Origin: Candidatus Hydrogenedentota bacterium
GTDB taxonomy: Bacteria > Hydrogenedentota > Hydrogenedentia > Hydrogenedentales > SLHB01
DNA: 64,000 bases
Reading direction: 5' to 3'
Assembly (NCBI GenBank): GCA_963745075.1
Contig: CAVUWV010000001.1
Coordinates: 128,001 to 192,000 of the forward strand
Below the pieces are notes generated by a model. It was not told where the DNA came from. It saw only the letters and a program-made list of their open reading frames with translations, and made no database searches. Position 1 is the stretch's first letter. The number at the start of each line of letters is the position of its first letter. Of the stretch, positions 51,325 through 62,066 are shown one piece after another. A program made the position numbers and the translations under genes.

Positions 51325-53169
51325 ATGAAAAAGAACTCGATCTTTGTAGTCGTAATCGCAGTCGCTGTGTTGTTGTTCGGCAGCGAAAAGGCCGTTGCGT
51401 CGCAGGCAGGGGGCGCGGCCGGCGTTCTGCTGGGGTTTGCGTGGGTGACGGCGGACGGAGCGGACCAGGACGCGGAGTTGTTCATGGGGAGCGAAGCGGA
51501 CCTGCAACGCAAAGGGGTTTGGGTGACCTACACGGACGTGGACGGCGCCTTGCGGCCTACCCTGTCTGTTGGAACCGAGACGTTTGAGGCGGATGTCGAC
51601 GCCAATCAACTTCAATCGCTCAGTTTCGTCGTCGCCTGTGGTAATCCGGCCGGTGCGAAGCGGTACGAGCGGATTTTGTTTCGGAAGGGACTCGTGCTGG
51701 GGATGAACGCTCCGCAAGCCGCGAATACGTACGCGGTTCTAATCAATCGCGAATTCGTTAGCGCCGGTGAAGGGCAGGACGTGGCGCAACCCGAAAGCGG
51801 GGATGCCGCTGCGCGCCGGCGAACGCGGGGGTTGGCGCTCGCATATGCCGCCCAATCGGACGCGTATACGAATCAGATGATGAAACTATTTGGGGTCAAC
51901 GCATCGTTTGCGATGCCTCGGATCGTGGTCGCGGCGGAAGAGTGGATGGAAATCGAGTCGAAGAAGGAGGCTCCGGCGTCGGGTGGTGGCGGTATTTTCG
52001 GAGTCGATATCGCCTCCATGATGGATGGGGACGAAGGCGGCGGGAAGAAGCAGTTTACGTCGTACTCGATCGACGTGCTCCATGACGACATGGAAACGAC
52101 GGGAGGCGATGGTGTTGCGTTCCAGACCGCACGCAGCATACGGAACGACATTCTCGAAGGCGAAGTGATCTATGCGGCGACCGGCGGACAACGGCGGGTG
52201 CTTACCGCGAGTATCGTTTTCAGTCAGTTGATGAAGAACCGCGCGGACTTCGGGACCGACAACCGGATTCTGAACGTAGATGCGGAACACCCGGAAGTCT
52301 TGGACCAGTGTACGGATCTTTATCCTGAAGCGAAAGCGGCGATTACCCGTTTCCTGGCGGATTCACCGGGCTGGACCGTGCAAATCCCGCAGAAGCCGGT
52401 CATCTTTCTGCGGGATAAAGTTCCGGCGTACGGGACGTATGCCTGGTTCTATTCGGATCCCCAGACGGGGCGGATGGTAGGAATGTTGCCGAACGGATTG
52501 CACGGCGCGTCGGACGAGGTCAACGCGTTGGGCGAGGATTTACGAAAGGAAGCCGTGGATCGTCTGACCGACGAGGCCCGGGCGAGGCTTCAGCAGTACA
52601 CCGGGAAAGAAGGCGGTGTGCAGACGTTTTTCGGCGCGGTCGCGGGAATGTATGTCGCTTCGGCGGGCGTTCTCGACGGGATCGGGATTACCATGGAAGA
52701 CCCGTCGATCGCGGCGCTCAGCCCCGAAGACTTGCTGAAATTCATCGCGGAACATGCGTTGGAACACTGCAAGGAGTTTCTCGAAGCGCACAGTGACGAT
52801 TACGGCTATTCCGCCCGCGTGGGATTTTGGGGCGGCACGACGGCCATTGTCGGTAACCTAGGTGGAGCCGATGCGGCGAAAAAGGTTGCCGATGCCGCGT
52901 GGAACGACATCAAGGAAAAAGCCGTCGCGGATATTCAACAGGACGTCGCGGAAAAAGCCGGCGAGCTTGCCGGCGGGGGCCGCGAGGCGGTGCAAGAAGC
53001 GGTCCGCAACGCAGCGCAACGTTACGCAAACCGGGCGCAAGACTTCCAAGGGGTCGTGGGAAATGAGGAGGATGCCTACGGTTTCCAGAGTGATGTGCCC
53101 GGCCGCGATTTTAACCAGGAAATCGAGCCGCAACTGAATCAGATTGTCGACGGGGTGATGCGCGGCTAA
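51325..53169 (+). CDS. Hypothetical secreted protein (614 aa)
   Basis: Long ORF, GGAGG RBS, signal peptide; no family recognised. Confidence 0.75.
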   Translation: MKKNSIFVVVIAVAVLLFGSEKAVASQAGGAAGVLLGFAWVTADGADQDAELFMGSEADLQRKGVWVTYTDVDGALRPTLSVGTETFEADVDANQLQSLSFVVACGNPAGAKRYERILFRKGLVLGMNAPQAANTYAVLINREFVSAGEGQDVAQPESGDAAARRRTRGLALAYAAQSDAYTNQMMKLFGVNASFAMPRIVVAAEEWMEIESKKEAPASGGGGIFGVDIASMMDGDEGGGKKQFTSYSIDVLHDDMETTGGDGVAFQTARSIRNDILEGEVIYAATGGQRRVLTASIVFSQLMKNRADFGTDNRILNVDAEHPEVLDQCTDLYPEAKAAITRFLADSPGWTVQIPQKPVIFLRDKVPAYGTYAWFYSDPQTGRMVGMLPNGLHGASDEVNALGEDLRKEAVDRLTDEARARLQQYTGKEGGVQTFFGAVAGMYVASAGVLDGIGITMEDPSIAALSPEDLLKFIAEHALEHCKEFLEAHSDDYGYSARVGFWGGTTAIVGNLGGADAAKKVADAAWNDIKEKAVADIQQDVAEKAGELAGGGREAVQEAVRNAAQRYANRAQDFQGVVGNEEDAYGFQSDVPGRDFNQEIEPQLNQIVDGVMRG

Positions 53170-54356
53170 AAGTACCAGGCGAGTTCGACTTGGAGGTAGT
53201 CGTCGTTTCGGAAGGCGTAGCCCGGGTCGGACTCGGGGAAGTTGGAGAAGGCGCGGGCTTCGACGCTGAGGCGCCAACTACTTCCGAGGCGGCGGCTGAA
53301 CTCGAGGGAGGCGGCGGTGGCGCCCGATTCGGGGTCCACGATGGCGCCGGCGAGGAGTTGGGTCGTCTGAGTATCGTTGAAGCCGATGCGCGTGCCCAGA
53401 AAGATGTCGCTTTCGAAAGGTAGTGGCGCATCGTGGCCGCGGCTGTCGTAGAGGTATTCGGCGAGGAGTCCCAGGTCGGCGCCGGTTTTGAAGACGTCGT
53501 AGAAGGTGTATTCGAACCCGGCCGTCAGCGCCGTAAACGTTTCGCCCTGGCCGATTCGGTGTATCGCTTCTAGCTTCCACAACCATCCGCCATTGGTGAG
53601 TTGCACATCCAGGCCGGTCTGGTCGATCTGGTCGTAGTAGGGCACAAGTTTCAAGAGGTCTGACGAACTGAACCGCGGTTTCAGCTGCGGTTCGCGGCTG
53701 GTTCCCGAGAAGTGGGAGAGGCCGATATCCCAATCGCCGATGCTTCGGGACCAACGGATAGCCCAGTCGAGATGATATTCTTTCGCGCCGGATCCGTATT
53801 CGGCGTGGTCCGTGTCGACGGGGATCGGCGGACGTAGCCGTCCGTAGGCCCCGGGAAAGGTCCGTTCGCGGAACCCGGGTAGGACGAAGAAGTCCAGCGT
53901 TCCCCAGTTTCCGACGAGGGCCAAGTCGATCATGGGCTGACCGAGTTTGTCTTCGCCGTCCGGGTCTTCCACGAGGTCGGTCTGATTGATGATGTCTACG
54001 AGGTGCTGCGATTCCGTGACACCCCAGAACACCCGGCGAATACCGATGCGCAGTTCCCATTTCTCGGCGGTCTTTTGCCAATAGAGTTCGCGGATATCGG
54101 CGTGGGTTCGTTCCGGATCCTGTTGATCCCAACGCACGAACGGTTCAAACGTGAAACTTTGGTCCCGCTCTTCCCACTGGTGGTAGTACTCGGGTTCCAG
54201 AGAGAGGGACAGGTCGTCGCCGCGTTGTTCGTCGTAGGCGGGATCGGATGGGAAGAGCCGAAGTTGCCCGGCAACATTACCGGACCACTCGCCCGCTTGC
54301 GCCGCGGCAGATAGAAGCAGTGGAACAAGGCAGCAATATCGAAGGCCCGCGTTCAC
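53166..54356 (-). CDS. Putative outer-membrane beta-barrel protein
   Basis: Signal peptide; DIRELYW, LRIG...VFWG, C-terminal LAWYF; typical partner of LolA-like/MMPL genes. Confidence 0.8.
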   Translation of the reverse strand: MNAGLRYCCLVPLLLSAAAQAGEWSGNVAGQLRLFPSDPAYDEQRGDDLSLSLEPEYYHQWEERDQSFTFEPFVRWDQQDPERTHADIRELYWQKTAEKWELRIGIRRVFWGVTESQHLVDIINQTDLVEDPDGEDKLGQPMIDLALVGNWGTLDFFVLPGFRERTFPGAYGRLRPPIPVDTDHAEYGSGAKEYHLDWAIRWSRSIGDWDIGLSHFSGTSREPQLKPRFSSSDLLKLVPYYDQIDQTGLDVQLTNGGWLWKLEAIHRIGQGETFTALTAGFEYTFYDVFKTGADLGLLAEYLYDSRGHDAPLPFESDIFLGTRIGFNDTQTTQLLAGAIVDPESGATAASLEFSRRLGSSWRLSVEARAFSNFPESDPGYAFRNDDYLQVELAWYF

Positions 54357-54360
54357 CCAG

Positions 54361-55173
54361 TCACTTTACGTTCGCCAGACTGTTCTGGTCGAAGTCGCGG
54401 TCCGTAAACCCTTTTTGAAACTCCGTATCGGTCCACAGCAACTCGGTGCTTTTTCCGGTTTGGTGATTGACCATGTTCAGTTCCTTCGCGCGCCAGAATT
54501 TGCCCAGATATTGCTGATACTCTCCGACGGAGAGCGTTTTGAGAAGCGCGTCTTTCCGGTCATAGAACTCAACCTTCTGGATGCGATACTCGTCTTTGTC
54601 GAGCCAGACGACTTGCCGCGTGTACCCGGACTTCGGGTCAAGCGGCACGCGTTCGATGACAAAGCAAGGGAGGCCGTCGAGCGATTCGTCGCGCAGGTAT
54701 TTGTAGGTGTACTTTTCGATTTCCTGCGACGTGAGATCTTCATAGGCGAATTCGCTGCCCATAAAGGGACCGGACTTGTTGCTGGACGAAATGCGTTTGA
54801 CGCGCTTCAGCGCGGGTAAATAGAGCCACTGGTCGTCGGGTTCGGTCTTGTGGCTGAACGTGAGCAAAGCGGTGCCTTTGACATCGGCGGGCAGGTCGAA
54901 AATGACGAGAGACTTGTCGCCGTCGCTTTCCCCTTCGAGGTACCGGATGCGAAGTTCGCGATTGGACTCGTCGCCATGGCTGTTGCGGAGGATCATGGTC
55001 GCCGTGGTCTCGTAATCGCCCCAGCCGGTATCGCGTTGATTGGCTTCCCGGGCGATGGCCAAGCCCTTCTCTTCCGCAGTCTCGGCCCAACCCGCTACGG
55101 ACACGAGTGCAGCCACCAGAATACCGGCTAGGAACCGCAGCGGGAATGGCCGCCGGATACATCGAGCAATCAC
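54361..55173 (-). CDS. Outer-membrane lipoprotein-sorting (LolA-like) protein
   Basis: PADVKGTALL, DDQWLYLPALKRVKRI, FMGSEFAYED. Confidence 0.9.
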   Translation of the reverse strand: MIARCIRRPFPLRFLAGILVAALVSVAGWAETAEEKGLAIAREANQRDTGWGDYETTATMILRNSHGDESNRELRIRYLEGESDGDKSLVIFDLPADVKGTALLTFSHKTEPDDQWLYLPALKRVKRISSSNKSGPFMGSEFAYEDLTSQEIEKYTYKYLRDESLDGLPCFVIERVPLDPKSGYTRQVVWLDKDEYRIQKVEFYDRKDALLKTLSVGEYQQYLGKFWRAKELNMVNHQTGKSTELLWTDTEFQKGFTDRDFDQNSLANVK

Positions 55174-57503
55174 GCGCGCTTACCTCCATCGAATTCGAGG
55201 AACTTGTCGAACATCATTAACAAACACGGCAGCAACAGCAAGTCCGCCGCCAGCGCGATGGTTATGACGAGAGCGGTGAGACGCCCCATGGCGGCGTTCA
55301 CTTCAAAGGCGGAGAGGGAAAGCACCATAAAGCCGCCCACGAGGATAACCGAGGTAGCAACCAAAGCGTTGCCCACCGACGCAAACGCGTAGCGCACCGC
55401 ATCTTCCGGGGACGCACCACGTTCACGGCGTGCGCGGCGGTACTTGGTCAGAAAGTGAACGGTATCGTCTACCACGATCCCCAAGGTTACCGCGATAACG
55501 GCCGCCAGGCCCAGTCCGATACGCCCGACGAAGAGGCCCCAGACGCCGAAGGCAATGGCCGCGGGAACGAGATTGGGTATCAGGCTAATCAGGCCGAGCT
55601 TGATGCTGCGCAGCGAGACGAGCAGTACAATCGAGATCAGCACGAGCGCCAGCGTCGTGCCAATCAGCATGCTCCGGGTATCGCGTTGAGCGATGCGCGA
55701 GAAGAGAACCGCTGGGCCCATGCCATGGGAGAACATGTAGGGCGGCGTGTTCTCGGTAAGCCAGCGCTCGCCCGCGTCGGCGGTCTGGAGCACTTCGTTT
55801 GATGTAACGCCGCCGACCGTGACGATGAACCGGGTCGCCGACTTCCTGATATCAATACGATCGTTAAGATCGAGGCCGAAGGGCAGCGACATTTCGTAGA
55901 GCAAGAGGTATTGGGCGGCGAGGTCCCGTTCGTGTGGCAATGTATATTGATTCTTGTCGTCGCCGTGCATGGTCATATTGATGCGTTTCATAATATCGCT
56001 GAAACTACTCACGTGCACGACGTTGGGTTGATGGCGAAACCATTCCGCAAACGCGTCCAGCTTCTGCAGGTATTCCGGGTTGGCGATGCCGCCCTCGTCA
56101 CCCGATCCAATGGAATATTCGATGGGATACATCCCAGTGAGGTTTTCCGTGGTGAATTCGATGTCCTTGCGAAAGTGGTTGGACTCGTTGAAGTACATGG
56201 TGTAGTGGTCGTTCAATTCGTTGAGGGGGATGAAGGCGACGAACAGGACCGTCACCGCGACAAACGCCGGCAATAGCACGCGACGCCGGCGTATGACGAA
56301 CTCGCCCAGCGCGACCATCCAGGTATTTGAAACGAGCCGATGGTGCTTGGCCCGAATGGGCAAGACGGCAACGAGCGCCGGCAGGAGAATGATGGAGTAG
56401 AAGTACGCGGCGGCGATGCCCATGGCGCACATGTTGCCGAGATCGCGGAAGGGCGGCGAGTCGGAGGTGTTGATGCTGAGAAACCCGATGATCGTGGTGA
56501 GGCTCGTCAGGAAGACGGGGACCATGTTGATGCGCAGGCTCCGAACGAGCGCGTCGTTTTTGGTGTGTCCTTCGTTCATCTTCTCGAGCAGCGTCATGAG
56601 GAGGTGGACGCTGTCAGCGACGGCCAGCGTCATGATGATGGTAGGGGCCGACGCGGACGTGGCGGTAATGTCGAATCCCAACCAGCCGGCCAGACCCATG
56701 GCGGTCGATACCGCGAGCGCGACGACCGAGACGGCGACAAAGGTGCACGACACGGACCGCAAGAAGACGAGCATGAGGACGATAATGCCCGCATACATGA
56801 GAGGAACGAGCGTGCTGATGTCTTTTTCCGCGGCCTCACGGAAGGCGTTGTTGAGCATCAAGGAGCCCGTAAGATAGATCGCAAGGCCGGGATGGTCCGC
56901 CTCAATGCGCTGGGCGAGCGCCCGTGCGGCGAGAGCGGCTTCCGTACCTTCGACCCGCGCCACGTCGGGTAGTTGATACGTGACGATGACGCCGGCAACG
57001 CGCGCGGAGGGGGATATGAGCGAATGGAGAACCTCGGGCTCGGACAGCGCGATGGCTTTCAGTCGCGCAAGATCCTCGGGGGACTTGTCCGAGGGATCGC
57101 CGATCAGGTCTTCCACGATCAGTTCGTCGCCGTCGGCGTGACTGTATGGATAGTTCGTGATCGAATCGACCCGCCGTGAATAGTCGAGTTTCCATGCCTG
57201 TTGCGTGAGGTCGTGAATGGCAGTCAGAGCGTCGGCGGTGAATACGTCTCCGCTTGCCGGCGCGACGGCGAAGACGATGTATTCATTCTTGGTGAAAACG
57301 TTCTGAAGCTTGGTGTAGGCAACCAGCTCCGGGTCGTCCCGATTGAAGAAGACGCGGTAGTCATCGTTGACTTTCAGATAGCTCGCGCCGAACGACGTTG
57401 CCAACCACACGACCAGCGTCGCAATCAAAACGGGCCACCGCCGTCGGACCAGCCACCGTCCGTAGGCCTCGACCCGATCGTCGAATCGTAATCGACGGTT
57501 CAT
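55170..57503 (-). CDS. MMPL/RND-family transporter
   Basis: Two repeats with about 12 TM helices; LAVADSVH, LTSLTTIIGF, GIVVDDTVHF. Confidence 0.92.
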   Translation of the reverse strand: MNRRLRFDDRVEAYGRWLVRRRWPVLIATLVVWLATSFGASYLKVNDDYRVFFNRDDPELVAYTKLQNVFTKNEYIVFAVAPASGDVFTADALTAIHDLTQQAWKLDYSRRVDSITNYPYSHADGDELIVEDLIGDPSDKSPEDLARLKAIALSEPEVLHSLISPSARVAGVIVTYQLPDVARVEGTEAALAARALAQRIEADHPGLAIYLTGSLMLNNAFREAAEKDISTLVPLMYAGIIVLMLVFLRSVSCTFVAVSVVALAVSTAMGLAGWLGFDITATSASAPTIIMTLAVADSVHLLMTLLEKMNEGHTKNDALVRSLRINMVPVFLTSLTTIIGFLSINTSDSPPFRDLGNMCAMGIAAAYFYSIILLPALVAVLPIRAKHHRLVSNTWMVALGEFVIRRRRVLLPAFVAVTVLFVAFIPLNELNDHYTMYFNESNHFRKDIEFTTENLTGMYPIEYSIGSGDEGGIANPEYLQKLDAFAEWFRHQPNVVHVSSFSDIMKRINMTMHGDDKNQYTLPHERDLAAQYLLLYEMSLPFGLDLNDRIDIRKSATRFIVTVGGVTSNEVLQTADAGERWLTENTPPYMFSHGMGPAVLFSRIAQRDTRSMLIGTTLALVLISIVLLVSLRSIKLGLISLIPNLVPAAIAFGVWGLFVGRIGLGLAAVIAVTLGIVVDDTVHFLTKYRRARRERGASPEDAVRYAFASVGNALVATSVILVGGFMVLSLSAFEVNAAMGRLTALVITIALAADLLLLPCLLMMFDKFLEFDGGKRA

Positions 57504-59089
57504 GCCTCGAACCCCAAGGAGCCGAGCATCCGGCGCAATTGGTGGTAATCGACTTTTGAATGGTGCCGTTTGTCAACCGGAATCTTTTGGCAGGTCCTAA
57601 CAACATCAATTTGGGCCCAGGACAGGGCGCGCTTGATGGCGGCGACGTCGGGGGCAAGTCCGGCCGTTATAGGCTCGACTACCAGGGTCCGGTTTCCCCG
57701 TTCCGCGACAAGTGCCGCGCGGCGTACCCCGGGCAGCAGCAGAGCCGCGCCTTCGACCGCGAACGGATAGAGCGTGCCGCGTTCGTCGGATAGGACGGCT
57801 TCGCATCGGCCCAGCAGCCAGAGGCGGCCGCGATCGTCGAGGTAGCCCGCGTCCCCCGTGCGGTGCCAGATGGTGCTGTCGACCGCAAACTTCAATTCGC
57901 GATCGCCCCGCCCGTTCAGATATCCCTTGAGAACGTGATCGCCGGTCACGACGATTTCGCCGGGTTCCCCGACGGATGTGGTCACTTGCGCGAACTCTTC
58001 CTGTGTGTACGGTCCCAAGGGGGAACCCCATCGATCGCGAAGGATGCGGAGTTGAATGGACTTTACCGGCGCACCGGCCAGGAGGCCTTTCCCGTTGTGC
58101 ATACCGTCCAAATCTTCCGCGTTCATGTCTGTATACGCCAGTTCCGCAACGGGTTCAGCCTCGGTGGATCCATAGATGGCAACAATTCGCGCTTTGGGCG
58201 TGACCTGGCGGAGTTTCTCGATCAGGGGCGGAAAGACCGGGGCGCCGCCGCAGAAGATTCTGGTCAATTTCGGCAACTGGTGGTTCTTCTCGATGCAAAA
58301 GTCGGCAAGCGTTTCGAGAAAGGACGGCGCCGCCGTCGTGCTGGTCGGTTGGCCTTTGAGTATTTGCGCATAGAGTGCCTGGGGATTGATATTGCCGGGC
58401 CGCCGCAGATCAACGCCGGGGATCATCGTCGCAGCGCCGGAAGCAAGGTTGGTCAGGACCACAACGGGAAGCGTGCAGAGGTTGATGTCGTCGGACGTCA
58501 TGGTCAACGTATCCTGCAGAATCCGGTGTTGCGCGAGCAGAAACTTATGGGACCGCACGACCACCTTAGGTTGCCCCGTGCTGCCGCTGGTGAATGTCAT
58601 CAGGGCGGGCATGTCCTCGGGTACCGGATGCATAGCCTCGAAGGGGGTCGTATCGTCGGCGCGGCGAAGCGCGGTGGCGCCTGGAAGTGTAACGGTCGTG
58701 GAGTACTTGCGCGGAATCCGCCGCAGGCCGGGCGAAATCAGGCGCAGCAAGTGCGCTTTCGGCGGACTGATCATCGCCTTGAACGGGTGCAACGCGCAGC
58801 ATCGGCCGATGTGTCCCTTGCCGGCGGAGGGATCGAGGAACGTGGCGACCGCGCCCAAGCGGAACAGCGCCAACAGAATGACGTAGAGTTCGAGGGACAT
58901 GGGACAAAACACGAGCATGGCGTCGCCGGGCCCGATGCCATCGTGGTGAAAGAGTCCGGCAACCCGCTTTGTAGCGGCATCGAGTTCGGCGAAGGTTGTC
59001 GTGCGGGGAAGGCTGCGATGCGTGTCGATGAGGGCGGTTTTCTCGGGCGACACCTGCGTCAGGTTTTTCAGGAGTTCCATGACATTCAT
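57500..59089 (-). CDS. AMP-binding (acyl-CoA ligase, OleC-like) enzyme
   Basis: TSGSTGQPK, YGSTE, WHRTGD, C-terminal PVDKRHHSK; start placed at 59089 (ATGA overlap with the GNAT stop). Confidence 0.9.
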   Translation of the reverse strand: MNVMELLKNLTQVSPEKTALIDTHRSLPRTTTFAELDAATKRVAGLFHHDGIGPGDAMLVFCPMSLELYVILLALFRLGAVATFLDPSAGKGHIGRCCALHPFKAMISPPKAHLLRLISPGLRRIPRKYSTTVTLPGATALRRADDTTPFEAMHPVPEDMPALMTFTSGSTGQPKVVVRSHKFLLAQHRILQDTLTMTSDDINLCTLPVVVLTNLASGAATMIPGVDLRRPGNINPQALYAQILKGQPTSTTAAPSFLETLADFCIEKNHQLPKLTRIFCGGAPVFPPLIEKLRQVTPKARIVAIYGSTEAEPVAELAYTDMNAEDLDGMHNGKGLLAGAPVKSIQLRILRDRWGSPLGPYTQEEFAQVTTSVGEPGEIVVTGDHVLKGYLNGRGDRELKFAVDSTIWHRTGDAGYLDDRGRLWLLGRCEAVLSDERGTLYPFAVEGAALLLPGVRRAALVAERGNRTLVVEPITAGLAPDVAAIKRALSWAQIDVVRTCQKIPVDKRHHSKVDYHQLRRMLGSLGFEA

Positions 59090-60087
59090 GACGTCAGGTC
59101 CTTCCCGAAAAGCGCGTATCTGCGGATGGGGATTGCCGAGCGCTTTGAAAGGGCAATCGACGCATTGTTCACGTGCATCAACGCGTGGATGGACCGGTGC
59201 CATCCGAACTGTTCCAAGCCGATGGTCTCGCATCGCCGCAGGAGCACCGCGCCTAGGCCCGTGTAGTCGGGGCCGGGATGGCGGGCCAAGGTCTTGATGA
59301 TAAGCGTGTCGACGTGTTGTCCCCGTTGCGCCTGGAGATAGTCCGGGATGCCGAAAATGAACCCGACCAATTCGCCATTCCGTTCCGCCAGTAGAAAGGT
59401 CTCCGGTCGCGTCATCGGAAGGACCGGCAGGTACAGTGCGAGAAAGTCGTCTTCTGAAATCGGCGAGTACAGCACGTTGTCGCGGAACATCAGCAGACTC
59501 GCGCGATGGACGGCCAGCAGTTCGTTTTCCAATCGCTTCATGTCTATCTGACGGAAAATCACGCCCAGCGCGTCGAGACGCCGTTCGGCGTCGCCAATAT
59601 CGGTCACCGTTTCGATGGGTCCACTGCGGAGGGCGGAAAGATACTCGGCGTAGGGATCGAACCCGGCTTTCACGAATTGCTCCGGATAGTCGGACGAATT
59701 GACCGGCTCCAGAAAGAACGGTGGTTGGTCTCCGGGATCGGTCACGAACCGGTAGGATTTCCATGTGGAGCCGTCCATGGGGCCGACGGCGTAGTCGCAC
59801 CCGTTTTCCGCGAGCTGATGACATGCCTCCGCCAACAGGGTTGACGCCGCCCGATTGTCGCACGCCGCATAGTGCCCGATGGTTCCGAGCCGGAACTGGC
59901 CATGCCGGGGAACGGCGCTCCACCACAAGGAACATCGCGCCTGGAGTATGTCCTTGTCATCAATCACGATGAGATGGACGTCGGCGCCGTCGCGATGCCA
60001 GGTGCTCCCATCAAGCGGGGCCGCGCCATCCGCAAAGGCAATGCCGTGCCACGCGTCAGGGGACGTTACAGCGAGTGCTTTGCCCAT
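59086..60087 (-). CDS. GNAT-fold protein
   Basis: GTIGHY, AVGPMDGSTWKSYR, PFFLEP.N, IIKTLARHP...GLG. Confidence 0.75.
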   Translation of the reverse strand: MGKALAVTSPDAWHGIAFADGAAPLDGSTWHRDGADVHLIVIDDKDILQARCSLWWSAVPRHGQFRLGTIGHYAACDNRAASTLLAEACHQLAENGCDYAVGPMDGSTWKSYRFVTDPGDQPPFFLEPVNSSDYPEQFVKAGFDPYAEYLSALRSGPIETVTDIGDAERRLDALGVIFRQIDMKRLENELLAVHRASLLMFRDNVLYSPISEDDFLALYLPVLPMTRPETFLLAERNGELVGFIFGIPDYLQAQRGQHVDTLIIKTLARHPGPDYTGLGAVLLRRCETIGLEQFGWHRSIHALMHVNNASIALSKRSAIPIRRYALFGKDLTS

Positions 60088-60099
60088 CGCGCGTCTCCG

Positions 60100-60963
60100 T
60101 CAATCCACCGGGCGGTCGCCGCCGCCGGGGGCGGTGAAAACGAATGCCATGAATCGCTCGACGGTCGCAATCGGGCCGACGGCGTACGCAGTCCAGAACT
60201 CCCAGAAAAGCACCATGACCGAGGTGACAACAGAGAGACTTACCAAGGCAACCAACGGGGGCGTATCCAGCAGCGACGCACCTGCCAGTGTCAAATATCC
60301 CACGATGGGCACCGTGAAATTATCCAGACCCCGGAAGCTGATTGCTTCGACCACGCAAAGCGCCGCGGCTGTTCCCGTAGCCATAAGAAGCGCCGTTAAC
60401 GCCCCGTCATTGGTGAAGCCAAGCAGCCCTGCTGCGGTCACACCAAAAGTTGTCAATAGAAAAGCGAGACTGCCCTCGATCGACTTGCGCTTGCGTTCCG
60501 TCGTCGACGCGAAGCGCATTCCCACGACGCAGGCGACGGTATCGGAAACGGTCAGGTACAGCAGGGGAAGGCAGAACAGTAGCGGCTGCCCTCCAGACAA
60601 CCAGAAGACCGTCGTTATCGAGACCGGAAACAGGAGGTCGCCAACGGATCGCCTTCGTTGGGCGCTCCAATGGAGAATGTAGCCGACCTCATAGTTACGC
60701 CGTGCGGCGAGCCTCAACAACAGTAAGGACGCCAGCGTCAGGCAAGCGATCGCTACGACGGGTCGAACCGATTCGAACAGCCACGGTAACGGCAACGAGA
60801 CGAGTCCCATGACGACATGGGCGCATTTGCGTGGTACTTCCGGATGCACCGGCCAGCGGCGTTTCACGATGATCATAGCGGCCATGACCGCGCCAAACGC
60901 CAGAAGTATCACGCTCATACCCACCCAGGGAGGAATTGGAAATGCGTGCGGCGGGGACATCAT
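60100..60963 (-). CDS. CTP-dependent polyprenol/diacylglycerol kinase (phytol/dolichol kinase-like) membrane protein
   Basis: RKCAH, SDTVACVVG, KSIEGSLAF, GLDNFTVP; about 8 TM helices. Confidence 0.85.
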   Translation of the reverse strand: MMSPPHAFPIPPWVGMSVILLAFGAVMAAMIIVKRRWPVHPEVPRKCAHVVMGLVSLPLPWLFESVRPVVAIACLTLASLLLLRLAARRNYEVGYILHWSAQRRRSVGDLLFPVSITTVFWLSGGQPLLFCLPLLYLTVSDTVACVVGMRFASTTERKRKSIEGSLAFLLTTFGVTAAGLLGFTNDGALTALLMATGTAAALCVVEAISFRGLDNFTVPIVGYLTLAGASLLDTPPLVALVSLSVVTSVMVLFWEFWTAYAVGPIATVERFMAFVFTAPGGGDRPVD

Positions 60964-62066
60964 CGGATTCCTTCCAGTCGAAAGGCATTGTAAAAGAACG
61001 CCTTGTCCCGATCGTACAGTTCGGCCGCCGCTTCTTCCAGCGGCTGGAGGTTGTCGCTCAGATGTTCGGGCCGGGAACGTGGCACGAGCATGTTCCAGTA
61101 GGCGACGCGGCCCCCGCTGCGGCCGGTGCGCACGATTTCGTCGAATACGGCCGCGGCATCCTCTTCCGACAGGTATTCAAAGATATCGCTCAGATTGAAC
61201 CAGTCAACTTCGTCGTTGCCAGTCTCTTTCAAACAGTCTTCCACGGTCTGACACCGCAATTCGAGACAGTCCAGATTGGTGCGGATGTCGTCGAAGTGTT
61301 CCTCGCGGAGGGCGTGTGGCAGCGCGTCGCTGTGGTGCCCGGTAAGAATCCATTGCACGTAGGGGTTCTCGGCGGGGTCAAGCACGGTGAGCGCCTGCCG
61401 CACCCGGGCCAAGAGGTGATCCGCGACCGAACCTTCGACGAATCGGAACGCATCGGGATGGCGGCCCATACGTCCCATTACGAATTGGGAAAAGAACACA
61501 CGAAACACGCCTCTGAACCGCCAATTGTTGAAGTGGCGGTCGAAGAATGCTTCCCGCCAATCCGGCGGGCCGCTTTGCGACAAGGCCGCGATGGTCTCCC
61601 GGCCGAGCAACCACGGCAGCACGCGCTTGCGAAAGAGGGCCAGGTAGCGTTCGAACTTGCCGATGGTGCCGATGCCCGCCGCGACGAATCCCTGGTGGGC
61701 ATCCCAAAAATCCCGGGCATCCGGAGAGAGAAGGGAACGGCATTGTCGGTACAGCTCGATGCGGCGCGTCGAGGGACGGGATCCCACCAGTTCCAGCAGG
61801 CCGTCGTGAGATAGCGCTTTGTAGGCTGCAACGCGGAGTTCCAGGCAATGAAGCTGTAACGGATTATGGTCGACGGCGATCACCCGGCCTGGCGCCTTGG
61901 ATACGAGGGACAAGGTGTTGTCGCCGGCGGAGGCAACGGAGAGGCAGGTCTGCCCCGATTGTACGTCGAGCGCGCCCATGAGGACGTCGGCGTCTTCCCA
62001 GCACTGGGCGTAACAGATTTCCGTGAATCCGTTGGAGTTAGACTTGCCATTCCGCGCGGCGTTCAT
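60960..62066 (-). CDS. DUF3419 / BtaA-like SAM-dependent 3-amino-3-carboxypropyl transferase
   Basis: YAQCWED, SVASAGDN, AVDHNPLQ, GKFERY, LSDIFEY, RDKAFFY; own GGGAG RBS and ATG at 62066, in frame with the upstream enzyme. Confidence 0.82.
   Translation of the reverse strand: MNAARNGKSNSNGFTEICYAQCWEDADVLMGALDVQSGQTCLSVASAGDNTLSLVSKAPGRVIAVDHNPLQLHCLELRVAAYKALSHDGLLELVGSRPSTRRIELYRQCRSLLSPDARDFWDAHQGFVAAGIGTIGKFERYLALFRKRVLPWLLGRETIAALSQSGPPDWREAFFDRHFNNWRFRGVFRVFFSQFVMGRMGRHPDAFRFVEGSVADHLLARVRQALTVLDPAENPYVQWILTGHHSDALPHALREEHFDDIRTNLDCLELRCQTVEDCLKETGNDEVDWFNLSDIFEYLSEEDAAAVFDEIVRTGRSGGRVAYWNMLVPRSRPEHLSDNLQPLEEAAAELYDRDKAFFYNAFRLEGIR

Noticed and set aside
59090..59935. 282-aa N-terminal extension of the AMP-binding ORF in the track
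   Set aside because: Arg-rich off-frame reading of the GNAT gene; the ATG at 59089 overlaps the GNAT stop and gives a normal-length enzyme
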